Assembly: GCF_963921235.1 (NCBI RefSeq)
Contig: NC_086097.1
Span: forward strand, 238,578,001 to 238,642,000
Length of the DNA stretch: 64,000 nt
Reading direction: 5' to 3'
Origin: Mobula hypostoma
Lineage: Eukaryota
In this document: in pieces, positions 12,430-26,040 of the stretch
Numbering within the stretch: position 1 is the first letter of the stretch
Layout of the letters: each line of letters opens with the position of its first letter
Translations under genes and position numbers: made by a program
Notes under the pieces: model-generated
Database searches by the model: none
Told to the model about the DNA's origin: nothing
The model's input: only the letters and a program-made list of their open reading frames with translations

Positions 12430-12905
12430 TCCTCCTCAGCTCTGTTCTAATGGGATATCTTTGTATTCTGAGGCTGTGCCCTCTGGTCCAATCCTCTCCA
12501 CATCCACTCTACCTATGCCTTTCAATATTCCACAGGTCTCCCTCCCTCATTCTTTTAAACTCCACTGAATACAGTTCCAGAGCCATCAAACACTCCTTAT
12601 ATATTAACCCTTTCACTCCAAGAATTATTCTATGGAAGCTGCTCTGGACCTTGTCCAATGCTAGCACATCCTTTCTTAGATAAGGAGCCCAAAACTGCTC
12701 ACAATATTCTAACTGGAGTATGACCAATACCTCTTAAAGCCTCAGCATTACATTCTTGCTTTTGTATTCTGCTCCTCTCTAAATGAATGCTAACATCTCA
12801 TATCCCTTCCTTACCAATGACACAACCTGCAAATTAATCCAAATCCATTTGCACCTCTGATTTCTGAACCTGCTCCCCATTGAGAAAATAGACTGCGTCT
12901 TCATT
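12430..12905 (-). mobile_element. CR1 LINE fragment
   Basis: Minus ORF LEYCEQFWAPYLRKDVLALDKVQ. Confidence 0.8.
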
Positions 12906-12911
12906 CCTTCT

Positions 12912-15706
12912 ATGCAAGATCTAGAAGATTATAAGGCTAATAGGAAGGAGCTTAAGAAGGAAATTAGGAGAGCCAGAAGAAGCCATGAGAAGGCCTTTGC
13001 GGGCAGGATTAAGGAAAACCCCAAGGCATTCTACAAGTATGTGAAGAGCAAGAAGATAAGACGTGAAAGAACAGGAGCTATGAAGTGTGACAGTGAGAAA
13101 ATATGTATGGAACTGGAGGAAATAGCAGAGGTTCTTAATTAATACTTTACTTCAGTGTTCACTATGGAAAAGGATCTTGGTGATTATAGTGATGACTTGC
13201 AGCAGACTGAAAAGCTTGAGCATGTAGATATTAAGAAAGAGGATGTGCTGGAGATTTTGGAAAGCATCAAGTTGGCTAAGTCGCCAGGACCGGATGAGAT
13301 GTACCCCAGGCTACTGTGGGAGGCGAGGGAGGAGATTGGTGAGCTTCTGGTGATGATCGTTGCATCATTAATGGGGGCAGGAGAGGTTCCGGTGGATTGG
13401 AGGGTTGCAGATGTTGTTCCTTTATTCAAGAAAGGGAGTAGAGATCACCCAGGAAATTATAGACCAATGAGTCTTACCTCAGTGGTTGGTAAGTTGAGGG
13501 AGAAGATCCCGAGAGGCAGGATTTATGAAAATTTGGAGAAGTATAATACGATTAGGAAAAGTCAGCATGGCTTTGTCAAGGGGAGGTTGTGCCTTAAAAG
13601 TCTGATTGAATTCTTTGAGGATGTGACTAAACACATTGATGAAGGAAGAGCAGTAGATGTGGTGTATATGGATTTCAGCAAGGCATTTGATAAGGTACCC
13701 CATGGCAGGCTTATTGAGGGAGTAAGGACTGATGCAGAGCCAACAACCTGTCTCTGAATGTGAACAAAACAAAAGAGATGGTTGTTGACTTCAGGAGGAC
13801 ACGGAGCGACCACTCTCTGCTGAACATCGACAACTCCTCCATAGAGATCGTTAAGAGCACCAAATGTATTGGTGTTCATCTGGCGGAGAATCTCATCTGG
13901 TCCCTGAACACCAGCTCCATAGCAAAGAAGGTCCAGCAATGTCTCTACTTTCTGCGAAGGCTGAGAAAAGTCCATCTCCCACGCCGCCCCCCGTCCTCAC
14001 CACATTATACAGAGGTTGTATTGAGAGCATCCTGAGCAGCTGCATCACTGCCTGGTTCGGAAATTGCACCATCACGGATCGCAAGGCCCTGCAGCGGATA
14101 GTGAGGCCAGCTGAGAAGATCATCGGTGTCACTCTTCCCGCCATTAGAGACATTTACACCACACGCTGCATCCGTAAAGCAAACAGCATTATGAAGGACC
14201 CCACACACCCCTCATACAAACTCTTCTCCCTCCTGCCATCTGGCAAATGGCACCAAACTATTCAGGCTTTCACGACCAGACTATGTAACAGCTTCTTCCC
14301 CCAAGTCATCAGATCTTCAATACCCAGAGCCTGGACTGACAACAACCTACTGCCTTCTACTGTGCCTATAGTCTTGTTTATTATATATTGTAATGCCTGC
14401 ACTGTTTTGTGCACTTTATGCAGTCCTGGGTGGGGTTTGTAGTCTAGTGTAGTTTTGTGTTGTTTTTTACGTAGCTCAGTGTAGTTTTTTTATTGTTCAG
14501 GTAGCACCATGGTCCTGAAAAATGTCGTCTCGTTTTTACTGAGTACTGTACCAGCAGTTATGGTCGAAATGACAATAAAAAGTGACTTGACTTGAAGGAG
14601 GCATGGGGTCCAAGGGGACATTGCTTTGTGGATCCAGAACTGGCTTGCCTACAGAAGGCAAGGAGTGGTTGTAAATGGGTCATATTCTGCATGGAGTTCG
14701 GTCACCAGTGGTGTGCCTCAGGGATCTGTTCTGGAACCCTTACTCTTCGTGATTTTTATAAATGACCTGGATGAGGAAGTGGAGGGATGGATTAGTAAGT
14801 TTGCTGATGACACAAAGGTTGGGAGTGTCACGGATAGTGTGGAAGGCTGTCAGAGGTTACAGCGGGACATTGATTGGATGCAAAACTGGGCTGAGAAGTG
14901 GCAGATAGAGTTCACCCCAGATAAGTGTGAAGTTGTTCATTTTAGTAGGTCAAATATGATGGCGGAATATCGTATTAATGGTAAGACTCTTGGCAGTGTG
15001 GAGGATCAGCGTGATCTTGTGGTCCGAGTCCATAGGACACTCAAAGCAGCTGCGCAGGTTGACTTTGTGGTTAAGAAGGTGTACAGTGTATTGGCCTTCA
15101 TTAACAGTGGAATTGAATTTAGGAGCTGAGAGTTAATGTTGCAGCTATATAGGACCTGGTCAGACCCCACTTGGGAGTACTGTGCTCAGGTCTGGTTGCC
15201 TCACTACAGGAAGGATGTGGAAGCCATAGAAAGGGTGCAGAGGAGATTTACAAGGATGTTGCCTGGATTGGGAAGCATGCCTTATGAGAATAGGTTGAGT
15301 GAACTCGGACTTTTCTCCTTGGAGTGACGGAGGATGAGAGGTGACCTGATAGAGGTGTACAAGATGATGAGAGGCATTGATCGTGTGGATAGACAGAGGC
15401 TTTTTCCCAGGGCTGAAAGGGTTGCCACAAGAGGATACAGGTTAAGGTGCTGGGAAGTAGGTACAGAGGAGATGTCAGGAGTGAGATCTTTTACTCAGAG
15501 AGTGGTTAATGCATGGAATGGGCTGCGACAACAGTGGTGGAGGTCGATACGATAGGGTCTTTTAAGAGACTTTTGAATAGGTACATGGAGCTTAGAAAAA
15601 TAGAGGGCGCTTGGTAAGCCTAGTAACTTCTAAGGTAGGGACATGTTCGGCACAACTTTGTGGGCCGAACGGCCTGTATTGTGCTGTAGGTTTTCTATGT
15701 TTCTAT
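12912..15706 (+). mobile_element. 5'-truncated CR1 LINE (RT), interrupted by a Rex fragment
   Basis: KSPGPD, NYRPMSLTS, MDFSKAFDKVPH, GVPQGSVL, KFADD, VQRRFTRM motifs; (ttctatg)n tail. Confidence 0.93.
13729..14594 (+). mobile_element. Rex-type LINE 3' fragment nested in CR1
   Basis: KTKEMVVDFRR, IESILSSCITAWFGN motifs; (gactt)n tail; AAGGA repeated at 13724-13728 and 14595-14599. Confidence 0.88.
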
Positions 15707-16269
15707 ACATTTCCCTACACTATATTCTATCTCCCAATCTGCCTTAGTCTTTCTGCAGACTCCTTCCTTCCTCAACACTACCTGACCCTCCGCCGATCTA
15801 CGTATCATCTGCAAAATTGGAATCAAAGCCATCAGTTCCATCAACCAAATCATTTAAGTAGAACATAGAAAGGAGTGATCCAAACACTGACTGCTGCAAG
15901 GGGGGTGGGGGATATATGGATCTTAGGTTCTATGTGCTGCTGAACATCAAGGTAAACATAGGAAAAAAAGCTAACAATAAAACTTTCTCTATTGAATGCC
16001 GTCAATTTGCAACATCAATGCCTGAGGCACTGCTTTGCCTGGCCGTTTAACATGGGTACGCTACCTCAGTGAATTTATTTAAGACAACTTTGGATAGGTT
16101 CTTGCATAGTTGGGGAGTTAAGTGTTAAGGGGGAAAAGCAAGTTGGTGTAGATGAGTCCATGGCCAGCTTAGCTATGATCTTATTGAATTGCAGAGCAAG
16201 CTCGATGGGAACGATGTCCTACTCCTGCTCCTATTGCTTAATTTCTTATGGTATACATAACCTGTAAGC

Positions 16270-16349
16270 CAGGCGTTCCCAACCTTTTTTATGCCATGGA
16301 CCAATACAATTAAGCAAGGGGTGTGTGGACCCCAAGTTGGGAACCCTTG
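16270..16349. mobile_element. About 80-bp hAT-like MITE, copy 2
   Basis: TIRs CAGGCGTTCCCAAC / GTTGGGAACCCTTG. Confidence 0.75.
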
Positions 16350-18928
16350 CCTTAAAGGAATATTTATGTTTTATGGACTATGGAGAATAAATCACAGTGA
16401 TCCAGAACAAGATGTTTAGTTTCTATGCTTTCCAGTATCTAAACTGCCATGGTGAGAGCTGGCAGCAACTGAACCCAGCTGCGAAGGAAGAGCAAACACC
16501 CACGTAGAGATGAAAACAAAAAGTTATACGGAGGAATCCCAACAGAACATTGAAGGCACAATTGAACAAAACTACAAGACAAATCATTCTCAACACAAGG
16601 ACCCCACTTTGAGTGCTAAACAGGAGTCCGCATTAAATAAACAGAGAAAGCAGAAAGTCCGTGTCAGTCGCAATTAATTTAACAAGATTAAACAGAAAGG
16701 ACAAGGGCTTAATGATCCTCATTTAGATAAAAATTAGTAAATACATGTGCTTGAGAAACCAAGGAGCCCAAAGTTCTATGGCATGCCACCGAGGCCTGCA
16801 GGCTCATGAATCGAAATGGTGGTACACACAAAATATGGGAGCCTTAAGTATTTCATAGACACAAGAGATTCTTTGGTTGCTGGAAATTATGAGTCACACA
16901 CAAAATACTGCAGGAGCTCGCTAAGTCATGCAGCATCTATGGAAAGAAATCAACAGTGGATGATTCAGGCCGAGGTCCTTTGTCATTTCGGAGGTACTGA
17001 CTGTTTACTTCCGTCCACAGATGCACCCTCAGCACTTGTCTTGTCTTTCAGAATTTACCCCTCAATCTACTTCTCCCAAATGGCTCTGTATCACCAGTTT
17101 CCTGAGAGAAAGTGCTGAGCTAATCCTTTATAAGATGATTTTTTTAAAAAATCAATGACTTTAAGATGGTGATTAATTTTTGCTGCTATATTTAAACTAT
17201 CCTCTTGCACATATAGTCCACAGGTAGCTTGGAGTAACTGGGGTCTCTCTTCCACCCATCAGAGATAATGGATTTATCAAAAGCTTAGTATTGTCAATGA
17301 TCCCTCCCATCCGTCAAAACAATCTCTTTGACACCCACCTTCATCATCAGGCAAGAGGTACTGTAGCATTAGGACAAGAACTATTAGGATCGTAAACAGC
17401 TTCTTCCCCCAGGCTGTAACACTACCGAACTCCCTGCCACCGTATGAAGTGCCAGTAACGATCTACTGTTCACATATTAACTTGTAATGTATATACACCT
17501 TATTATTAGTTAATTTATTTGTGGTGATATTACTTTATGTGTTAAGTATGTGAGTTATATATATTGTGTGGTGCACCATGGTCCAGAAGAACATTGTTTC
17601 GTCTGAGGGTATGTATGTGTAAAGTTGAATGATAATAAACTGAACATGAACTTAATTTTAAAGCCTTTTCCCCTGCCATTACAATGACTTCAGTACTGTA
17701 TAGCTGTTGCCCAAACCTGTAGGTATACGGAAACTGATCGGAAATCAGTGAGTTTACTTTTTCAAAATGTTTAATTTTCTAATGACTCACTGGTTATCTG
17801 CCTTTTACAAGAAGCTTATAGATAACTTTGAGGAATAATCTACCTTAGGCAAATTATCCACAAAACTGAAATACATAACGCGTTGGATCAACCAGCAAGA
17901 AGACATTCCCTCAGAAATGCTTAATAATTTGTACTTTATTTATAATTAATCTGCCAATAATTTGTTTTGGTTAATTATATAGTTAGGAGTTATATACCAT
18001 GCATATACAACGAGGGCTCTAATGATGATTGCCACTGCAAGGCTGGTCATCAGCCAGAGGCAACTTGCATTGCATATGCTTTTCCTCATGGCATCCAATA
18101 AGATAAATGGCAGAAATGGCCCATTTACTTCATTTATGCTCCAATCCTTCCTCATTTAACTCTATCAGTGTAAGCACTTAACTTTTTCTCCCTCATTTGC
18201 TTACCTAGCATCACCTTAAAGGCATCAATATTATTCACCTCGGTGGTTTCTTGAGGGAACAAGCTGTACATTCTCATCACTCTCTCACTAAAGAAGTTTT
18301 CTTTTTTTTTAATTTCTTGGTTTTACATATAGTTTCCAATTTTATTCTTCCCCACAATTAAAAAGATATCCTACCGACCAAAGTAAATCCTTCTTCATTT
18401 TAAAACTCCTTAGTAGATTATTCTTCAATTTCTCCATTCCAGAGAGGGAACCTAGTCTGTTAATCCTTTTTTGCTGTGCAGATGCTCCTAATTTTAATAA
18501 TGTGTTCTGGCTCCAGTTCTGTATTTCCTGATTCAGGCTGAAAACAAGGGTGAAAATCTTTACAAGATCTTTAAAATCTGATTTAACTTATATACACTGA
18601 TCCTTCAGGATTTTTTTTTAACCAGCAAGCTGTAGTAACTCGTATTTGAATACCCTCATCTCTGAGGTGAAGGTATTCAAAGAGGTTACACACAAAGGTA
18701 AGAAATACCTGAATCAGAATCGTTTAATATCACCAGCATATATCATGAAATTTGTTGTTGTGTGGCTGCAGTACATTGCAATACATAATAATAAAAACCT
18801 GTAAATTACAGTAAGTATATGTTTAAAAAAGTTAAATTAAATCAGTAGTGCAAAAAAAGAAAAAAGAAAATAGTGAGGTAGAGTTCATGGGTACGATGTC
18901 CATTCAGAAATCCGACGGCAGACTTGTA

Positions 18929-19450
18929 TACTCGGTGGCCACTACAAGAGGTACCTCCTCTTCCTAATTAAGTGGCCATTCAGTGTATGTTCAGGTTCTT
19001 CTGCCGCTGTAGCCCACCTGCTTCAAGGCTAGAAACGCTGTGTATTTAGAGATACTCTGCACAGCACTGTCGAAATGCATGGTTATTTGAGCTACTGTTG
19101 ACAGACTTCGACTTTTTTACCTTCCTTGAATTCTCCTGTGACCTCTCCCAATAACATCAGGAATGCTGCTCAGCTAAATCTTTTTGTTTGTTTCTTGCAT
19201 CATTCCCTTAAACCCATGATTCAGCACTTCTGGAGATACTCAAGCTACCCCGTCTGACACCAATGATCATTCCATAGTGAAAGTCATTTAGATCACATTT
19301 CTTCCCCATTCTGATTTTTGGTCCGAACAACTGAACCTCTTGATCATGTCTACATGCTTTTATACATTGAGTTGCTGCCACATAACTGGCTGATTAGATA
19401 GATGCATTAACAAGGTGTACAGGTGTTCCTGATAAAGTAGCCACTTTGTG
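18929..19450 (-). mobile_element. Internally deleted Tc1 remnant, same family as 381-942
   Basis: Reverse-complement similarity to 381-942; TIR-like ends flanked by TA. Confidence 0.75.
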
Positions 19451-20756
19451 TACTTCAGGCTAGTGCCTGGTGTGACTCTTGTGGCATGTCTCATTGCACT
19501 CCACTCCCACCCCCTCCACCCCCCAATCTTGGAGCCATCTGAAATTCTGAAAACCTCAATGTCAATTAGAATTCAGAGGTTTCACTGTGATGGTCCGATG
19601 CTGGATTTGGCACAGGCCTTCAGCCATCACCTTTGCACGTCTTTGGAAAGAAACCAGCCATTTAGTATTGCAAACAGGCACAAGCTGAATTTCTCTCCAG
19701 TTTCCATGGCCAGTCGTTGAACAATACAGCAATCAAAATATTTTTCACAAGTGATTGTGGGCAATCATTCACCAATGAAAAATTAACTCAGTTATTATAG
19801 TTTCAAGCAAGGAAAGTTGTGGCTGGTTCACTTAAAGGCTGTGCGCATCAGCCCTTATCTGGCTGTAAGATATAAAGACCATGAGACAGTAAGACATTGG
19901 AGCAGATTTAGGCCATTCGATCCTTCAGGTTTGCTCTGCCATTCTATTATGGTTGATTTATTATCCCTCTCAATGTCATCCTAGGGCAATGAATTTCACA
20001 GATTCACCATCCCCTGGCTAAAAAAATTCCTCTTCATCTCTGTTCTAAAGATGAAGAGGCTAGGCCCTCTGGTCCTATACTCCACCATGATAGGAAACAT
20101 CTTCTGCATGCCCACCCTATCTTATCCATTCAAATTTTGATAGGTTTAAGTCCTTTAAACTTGTAGATTTTGTTAATACAGGTATCAAAAGCACCAAGTA
20201 TGTGTACAATTTCGGAACGATCTGGTGGCTGATGTTCAATGCCCACAAAATGCTTCATTGAGATTCCTAATTTGGAGATTTTCAATTAGCCATGAAATAT
20301 ATTAAGTTGACAGGAACAAATAGGGAATGATTGAAACAAAGGAATCACTCATTGAAACATGACCAAAAAGCATCTAATTCAGCTAATATATTTTCATAGG
20401 AGCATGATGCAATGATAATGAAGTTATTGACTAATGGCAATCAATTTTAACCAATTAGCCTACAACATGGAAAGAAATGATCAGAAAAGGCCGAAGATGG
20501 AATACTCAATCTTCACTTGTTTTCACTGATACGTGCTCTACTTTTGAAAATGATTTCACCAAATGAAATTTCAGAAGTTGCACCCATTGGTTTAGATTGT
20601 TCTACTGTTAGCTTGATTGGACCTGGCAAAGAGTAAACCTTCAATTTTATCTATTATTTCAATGTATTTGTTATTTCACTAACGCTATTTGAATGGAAAT
20701 AGAAAATTGGGGCATCACAGTAGCATAGTGGTTTGTGTGACACTAATACATCTTCA

Positions 20757-21022
20757 GATGACCATGGATATTGTGTCCTAGCTGTCTAGATACGCAAGCC
20801 TGGGCAGTACAATATGGAGAGCAAGCTGTTGCCCATGTAACAAGCCTCCCGTCTCCACACATCTGATGAACCCAAAGTATAGGCAGATACAGTTTGCTAC
20901 CAGCAGCATTTCAGGAATTGCCACTGCGTTGAACTCAGTGTCATTAGGGACTTCAGCTCCAGATTTTTCCTTTGGAATTTACTCCTGAAGCCTTCACCTT
21001 TAGGCAGTGGAGGTATGAGATC
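20757..21022 (-). mobile_element. Non-coding interspersed repeat, probably RTE 5'-UTR-derived
   Basis: Same sequence recurs at 29390-30215, 32825-33120 and 34020-34575; the RTE assignment is from recalled similarity only. Confidence 0.55.
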
Positions 21023-21486
21023 AAAGTACATGTCACCATACACTACCCTGAGATTCATTTTCCTGTGGGCTCTCACAGTAGAGCACAGAAATACACTAGA
21101 ATCAATGAAAAACTGTACACAGAGACTGACAAACAACCAATGTGCAAAAGGTTGTGGAATCAGTTCACTGTTGAGGTGAGTGTAATTATGCACTTTGGTT
21201 CAGAAGCCTGATAGTTGAAGGATAATAGCTGTTCCTGAAGTCGGTGGTGTGGAACCCAAAGCAGCGTTGAGAAGAGAGCACGACCTGGATGCTGAAAGTC
21301 ATAAATGAGAAAAGATTTTACTCCGGATCCAATGTAGCATTAAAAAAAACACAATAAGAAAAAAATTATAATATACATATAAATATAAAAGGAATCCTAA
21401 ACACAGAATAATATGATGTAGCCATTAATTTTTAAATGATAATGCCAGTTCATAGCACGATTTGCAGAGAAGGACCTGCAACAATT

Positions 21487-22464
21487 TGTGTCAGATAGAG
21501 TGATCAGCAGCACTGGGGCTCCACAGGGGACTGTCTTGTCTCCCTTTCTCTTCACCATTTACACCTCGGACTTCAACTACTGCACAGAGTCTTGTCATCT
21601 TCAGAAGTTTTCGGATGACTCCGCCATAGTTGGATGCATCAGCAAGGGAGATGAGGCTGAGTACAGGGCTACGGTGGGAAACTTTGTCACATGGTGTGAG
21701 CAGAATTATCTGCAGCTTAATGTGAAAAAGATTAAGGAGCTGGTGGTAGACCTGAGGAGAGCTAAGGTACCGGTGACCCCTGCCTCCATCCAGGGGGTCA
21801 GTGTAGACATGGTGGAGGATTACAAATACCTGGGGATACGAATTGCCAATAAACTGGACTGGTCAAAGAACACTGAGGCTGTCTACAAGAAGGGTCAGAG
21901 CCGTCTCTATTTCCTGAGGAGACTGAGGTCCTTGAACATCTGCCGGACGATGCTGAGGATGTTCTACGAGTCTGTGGTGGCCAGTGCTATCATGTTTGCT
22001 GTTGTGTGCTGTGGCAGCAGGCTGAGGATAGCAGACACCAACAGAATCAACAAACTCATTCGTAAGGCCGGTGATGTTGTGGGGATGGAACTGGACTCTC
22101 TCACTGTGGTGTCTGAAAAGAGGATGCTGTCCAAGTTGCATGCCATCTTGGTCAATGTCTCCCATCCACTACCTAATGTACTGGGTGGGCACAGGAGTAC
22201 ATTCAGCCAGAGACTCATTCCTCCGAGATGCAGCACAGAGCGTCATAGGAAGTCATTCCCGCCTGTGGCCATCAAACTTTACAACTCCTCCCTTGGAGGG
22301 TCAGACACCCTGAGTCGATAGGCTGGTCCTGGACTTATTTCATAATTTACTGGCATAACTTACATATTACTATTTAACTATTTATGGTTCTATTACTATT
22401 TATTATTTATGGTGCAACTGTAACAAAAACCAATTTCCCCCAGGATCAATAAATTATGACTATG
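21487..22464 (+). mobile_element. 5'-truncated Rex/Babar-type LINE with open 277-aa C-terminal ORF
   Basis: GAPQG, KFSDD, FYESVVAS motifs; near-identical to the reverse complement of 6627-7605; (tatgac)n tail. Confidence 0.92.
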
Positions 22465-24589
22465 AAATATGATTGAAAATGGAAAATGGATCATGTCTAC
22501 ATGTTGTGGTTTCATAGTTCTTCCGCTGTTTAACGAAACTGCATGAGTCATGCTGTTGGGTCTCTACCCAATTTATATTACAGCACCATTTCATTGAAAA
22601 GATCAGTAACAATGTGTTGCAGGGATATTAGCCCCAGTATCTTCCTCTGGAAGAAAATACGTGATACACTCAAAATGCTGGAGGGACTCAGCAGATCTGG
22701 CAGTTTCTATGGAGAGAAAAGGAATAAAGAGTCGAGGTTTTTTGGCCAAGACCCTTCGCCAGGACAGGAAAGAAAAGGGGAAGATGCCAGAATAACGTGA
22801 TATGATGTTGCCGTTCATGATTGATACTATGTTTCTTCCTTAAGTATGAATTTTCTACCAACAGGTAGCTTTATGTAATTATCTAAAAATAATTAACATC
22901 TGCTTACTTGTATCTAACTATATTAGAAAATATAACATGATTTACTGATAATCCACTGGAACTTCAAGCTTTATTTCAAGCTAAAATTTTTAAAGTTCAT
23001 TTTTTTTTATCAAAGCCTATGCCCAGATTTAAATGAATTGAAAGAAAAATTAAAAATTGTAAGTTTTTCATTACAAATTAATTGGAAGAAAAACAGAAAG
23101 CCGTTATGTACTCAAAGTAGCTTTGGAAGACTGTTTTGCTGTTGATTTATCATTGTCACATAATAACTCTCATACAGTGAAAATCTTCTCTTGCATACTG
23201 TTCATATGGATCAAATTATTACACAGTGCATTGAGCTAGAATAACGTAAAACAATAACAATGCAGAATAAAGTGTGAAAGCTACAGAAAAAGTGGCAGTG
23301 CAGGTAAATGATGAAGTGCAAGATCGTAATGAGGCAGGTTGTGAGGCCAACAGCCCATCTTGTTTAAAGACCATAAGGCCTTAATATATAGGAGCAGAAT
23401 TAGGCTGTTTGACCCATCGAGTCTGGCCTCCACAGTTGATTGTGGTGATGAATTCCACAGATTCACCACTCTCTGGCAAAAGAAATTCCTCCTCATCTGC
23501 ATTCTAAATGGACATCTGTATATTCTGATTCTGTATCCTCTGGTCGTAGATGCCCCCTGCTATTGGATACATTCTCTCCACATCCATTCTATCCTGGCCT
23601 TTCAACATTCGATCGGTTTCAATGGGATCCCTCCTCATTGCAGTGAGTACATGCCCAGAGCATTCAAACACTCCTCATATGATAAGCCTTTCAATCCCAG
23701 AATCATACAAGATGTCTGCTCAGGAGTCTGATAACTATGGGATAGGCACTGTCTTTGTGCCTGGTGCAAAGTGCTTTCAGGCCTTTGCATCATCTGCTTG
23801 ATGTGAGAGAGGAGAAGAGAGAATTTCCAATGTGGGTGGAGACTTTAACAATGCTGGCTGGTTTACTGAGGCTGCCAGTAAAGTAAACAGAATCCATAGG
23901 AAGGGGCTGGTTCCTGGGATGTGCTGAGCTGTGTCCACATCTCTCTGCAGTTTCTTGTGGTCACATGCAGACCACCCAAAGAGAATGCTAGATGCGATTA
24001 TGAATAATAAATTGGGTGTATCTGCACCACATCATCAACAAATCAATTGAGCAAGGTCTCGCAAAATTGTCTCACTCCATAAGGAATGAGAAAGCTGTGC
24101 ATTTCAGTTGCCTGATTTGCAGCAACAACTCCCATCTGCCCAAGGATATAATTAAGTCTTAGTAATGTTTATTGAATTTGGCAAGTGATTCATGCCCCGA
24201 GATTTATGTCTGCTATATTATTGCAATACACTTTTCAGGACACTACTAATTAAGCTGAGACATCTTATTGGATACTTGTCAAAACACAACATTATATTAA
24301 TCCATCTGTCGCTTCTTTTCTATGAAAGCATTAATTTGTGGAATAAATATCCAATGTATAGCATTGATTATTTTAATAATAATATGTTAGATTGCACTGC
24401 TTTTAAAATTCCCTAATTTTGGCTCAGGATAATAAATGTGTTTAAATGTCAAGAAAACCCTTTTGGTTACAAATAGATTTGTAAACAAAGTACCCATGTG
24501 GGATAAGTGAGGTACCAATTAGATTCTTGATTACTTATTTATTTCATGTGGATATCAATGATGATGCTGATGTCCTGAATGATTCTAAC

Positions 24590-25012
24590 TTCCAAGAGAA
24601 CCACAACCTTGTCATTGGGTTTGGAGCCTTACATGTCTCAATGACCCAGGGAACTATTGTATGCTGGCTGGAGTCAGGGTTTTATGCTTTGGCTCTTTGT
24701 AGGGTCATCCATGCTAAACAGGTCAAAGGGTAGAGGCCAGACTAAGACTGGCCCACCAGACCTCCAGATTTGGGGGTTCAGCTCAGTGCTAACAACCCTG
24801 AGTGGTGAAAGAAAATTATTATGGAAACAGCAATGAAGAAACCTTCTAAATTTGAGTGCGATGGTATTCCTGAGGCTTCTCTTGGGATTTGCATGACTGA
24901 CTGTAGTGAGAACAGAGAGGAAGCTACTGACACAATGGAGAAAGCCCTTAACACCACCTGAGATGGAGGACCCTCACTGCCGCCATAAATGCCAGCGGCA
25001 TAACAGGAAGAA
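24590..25012 (+). mobile_element. Short non-autonomous RTE-like element (5' UTR joined to 3' end)
   Basis: Second copy at 62500-62900; resembles RTE/Expander 5' UTR (...tagggtcacccatgc..caggtcaaagggtagaggccagac). Confidence 0.6.
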
Positions 25013-26040
25013 GGTGAATGGATCCTAAACTGAGAGGCAGAATGTGTATCAGAACTAGTGGTTTCAGATGCGTGCAACTTCAGCTTTTGTTATCGCCGTT
25101 TCTTTCGTAGCATATTTACGGCATGTTAGTAATCATTAGAAAGCTGCAGATCACATGAGTCTTCGCATATCCAGCGGTTGACAGGATGATACTGGCGGTT
25201 TAGTCCTGTGGAACAGTGGAAGCAGGTCACAAGTAATTGAAGGGACTCAGAAGATAAAGGAGGTCCTAATTAAAATCAAGTTGAGAGGAAATTTCACCTA
25301 TCTGTGATTCTTTGGGGTAGAGGGAAGATCATTAGAGATATTTACCATGGGTAATTCTTTTGAAGGAATGGTTGAGAATTTCTGGGTCATGTGGAGGTGG
25401 CATTGAAATATTTTTAAATAACTGTATTTGTCATATGTATCTCTGAACATGAAAACAAGACAATGAAATGTGTCATTTGCATCAACGACCGAGGATGTAT
25501 TGGGATTAGACCACAGTGTCACCATGCTTCCAGTGCCAACATAGTATGCCCACGACTCACTGACCCGAACCATACGTCTTTTGAATACGGGAGGAAACTG
25601 GAGCAACCGAAGGAGAGCCATGTGGTTACAGAGCAAACATAGAAACTCGTTACAGACAGCAGTGGGAATTGAACTTGCGTAGCTGGCGCTAAGTGTTGCG
25701 CTAACCGCTATGCTACTTGTATCGAAGAAGAATTGAGGCCACCAGAAACTAGCGTAATCAAGACGAATGGCAGAGCTGGTTCGAGGATTTCTCCTGCTCT
25801 TATTCTTTCTGTTTCGTTCTGCTCTGCTCTAAAACATCCTATGGACCCCAGACACAGAGCATAACTCACTGCCAGAATTACCTGATCAATTCTCTGAAGT
25901 GACGCAACACAACCCTACATTACACTTTGAGGAAAACAGTTTTTTTTAAAATGAGGTAATTCTGGAAAAATAAAAGCAACTGCACTATACATCTGAATTC
26001 CTTGGCACAATGTTTCTGTAATTTGGGAGTGACTCACTAA

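Noticed and set aside
16510..16677. 55-codon hydrophilic ORF (MKTKSYTEESQQ...)
   Set aside because: No recognisable homology or clear splice context; a length this short is expected by chance.
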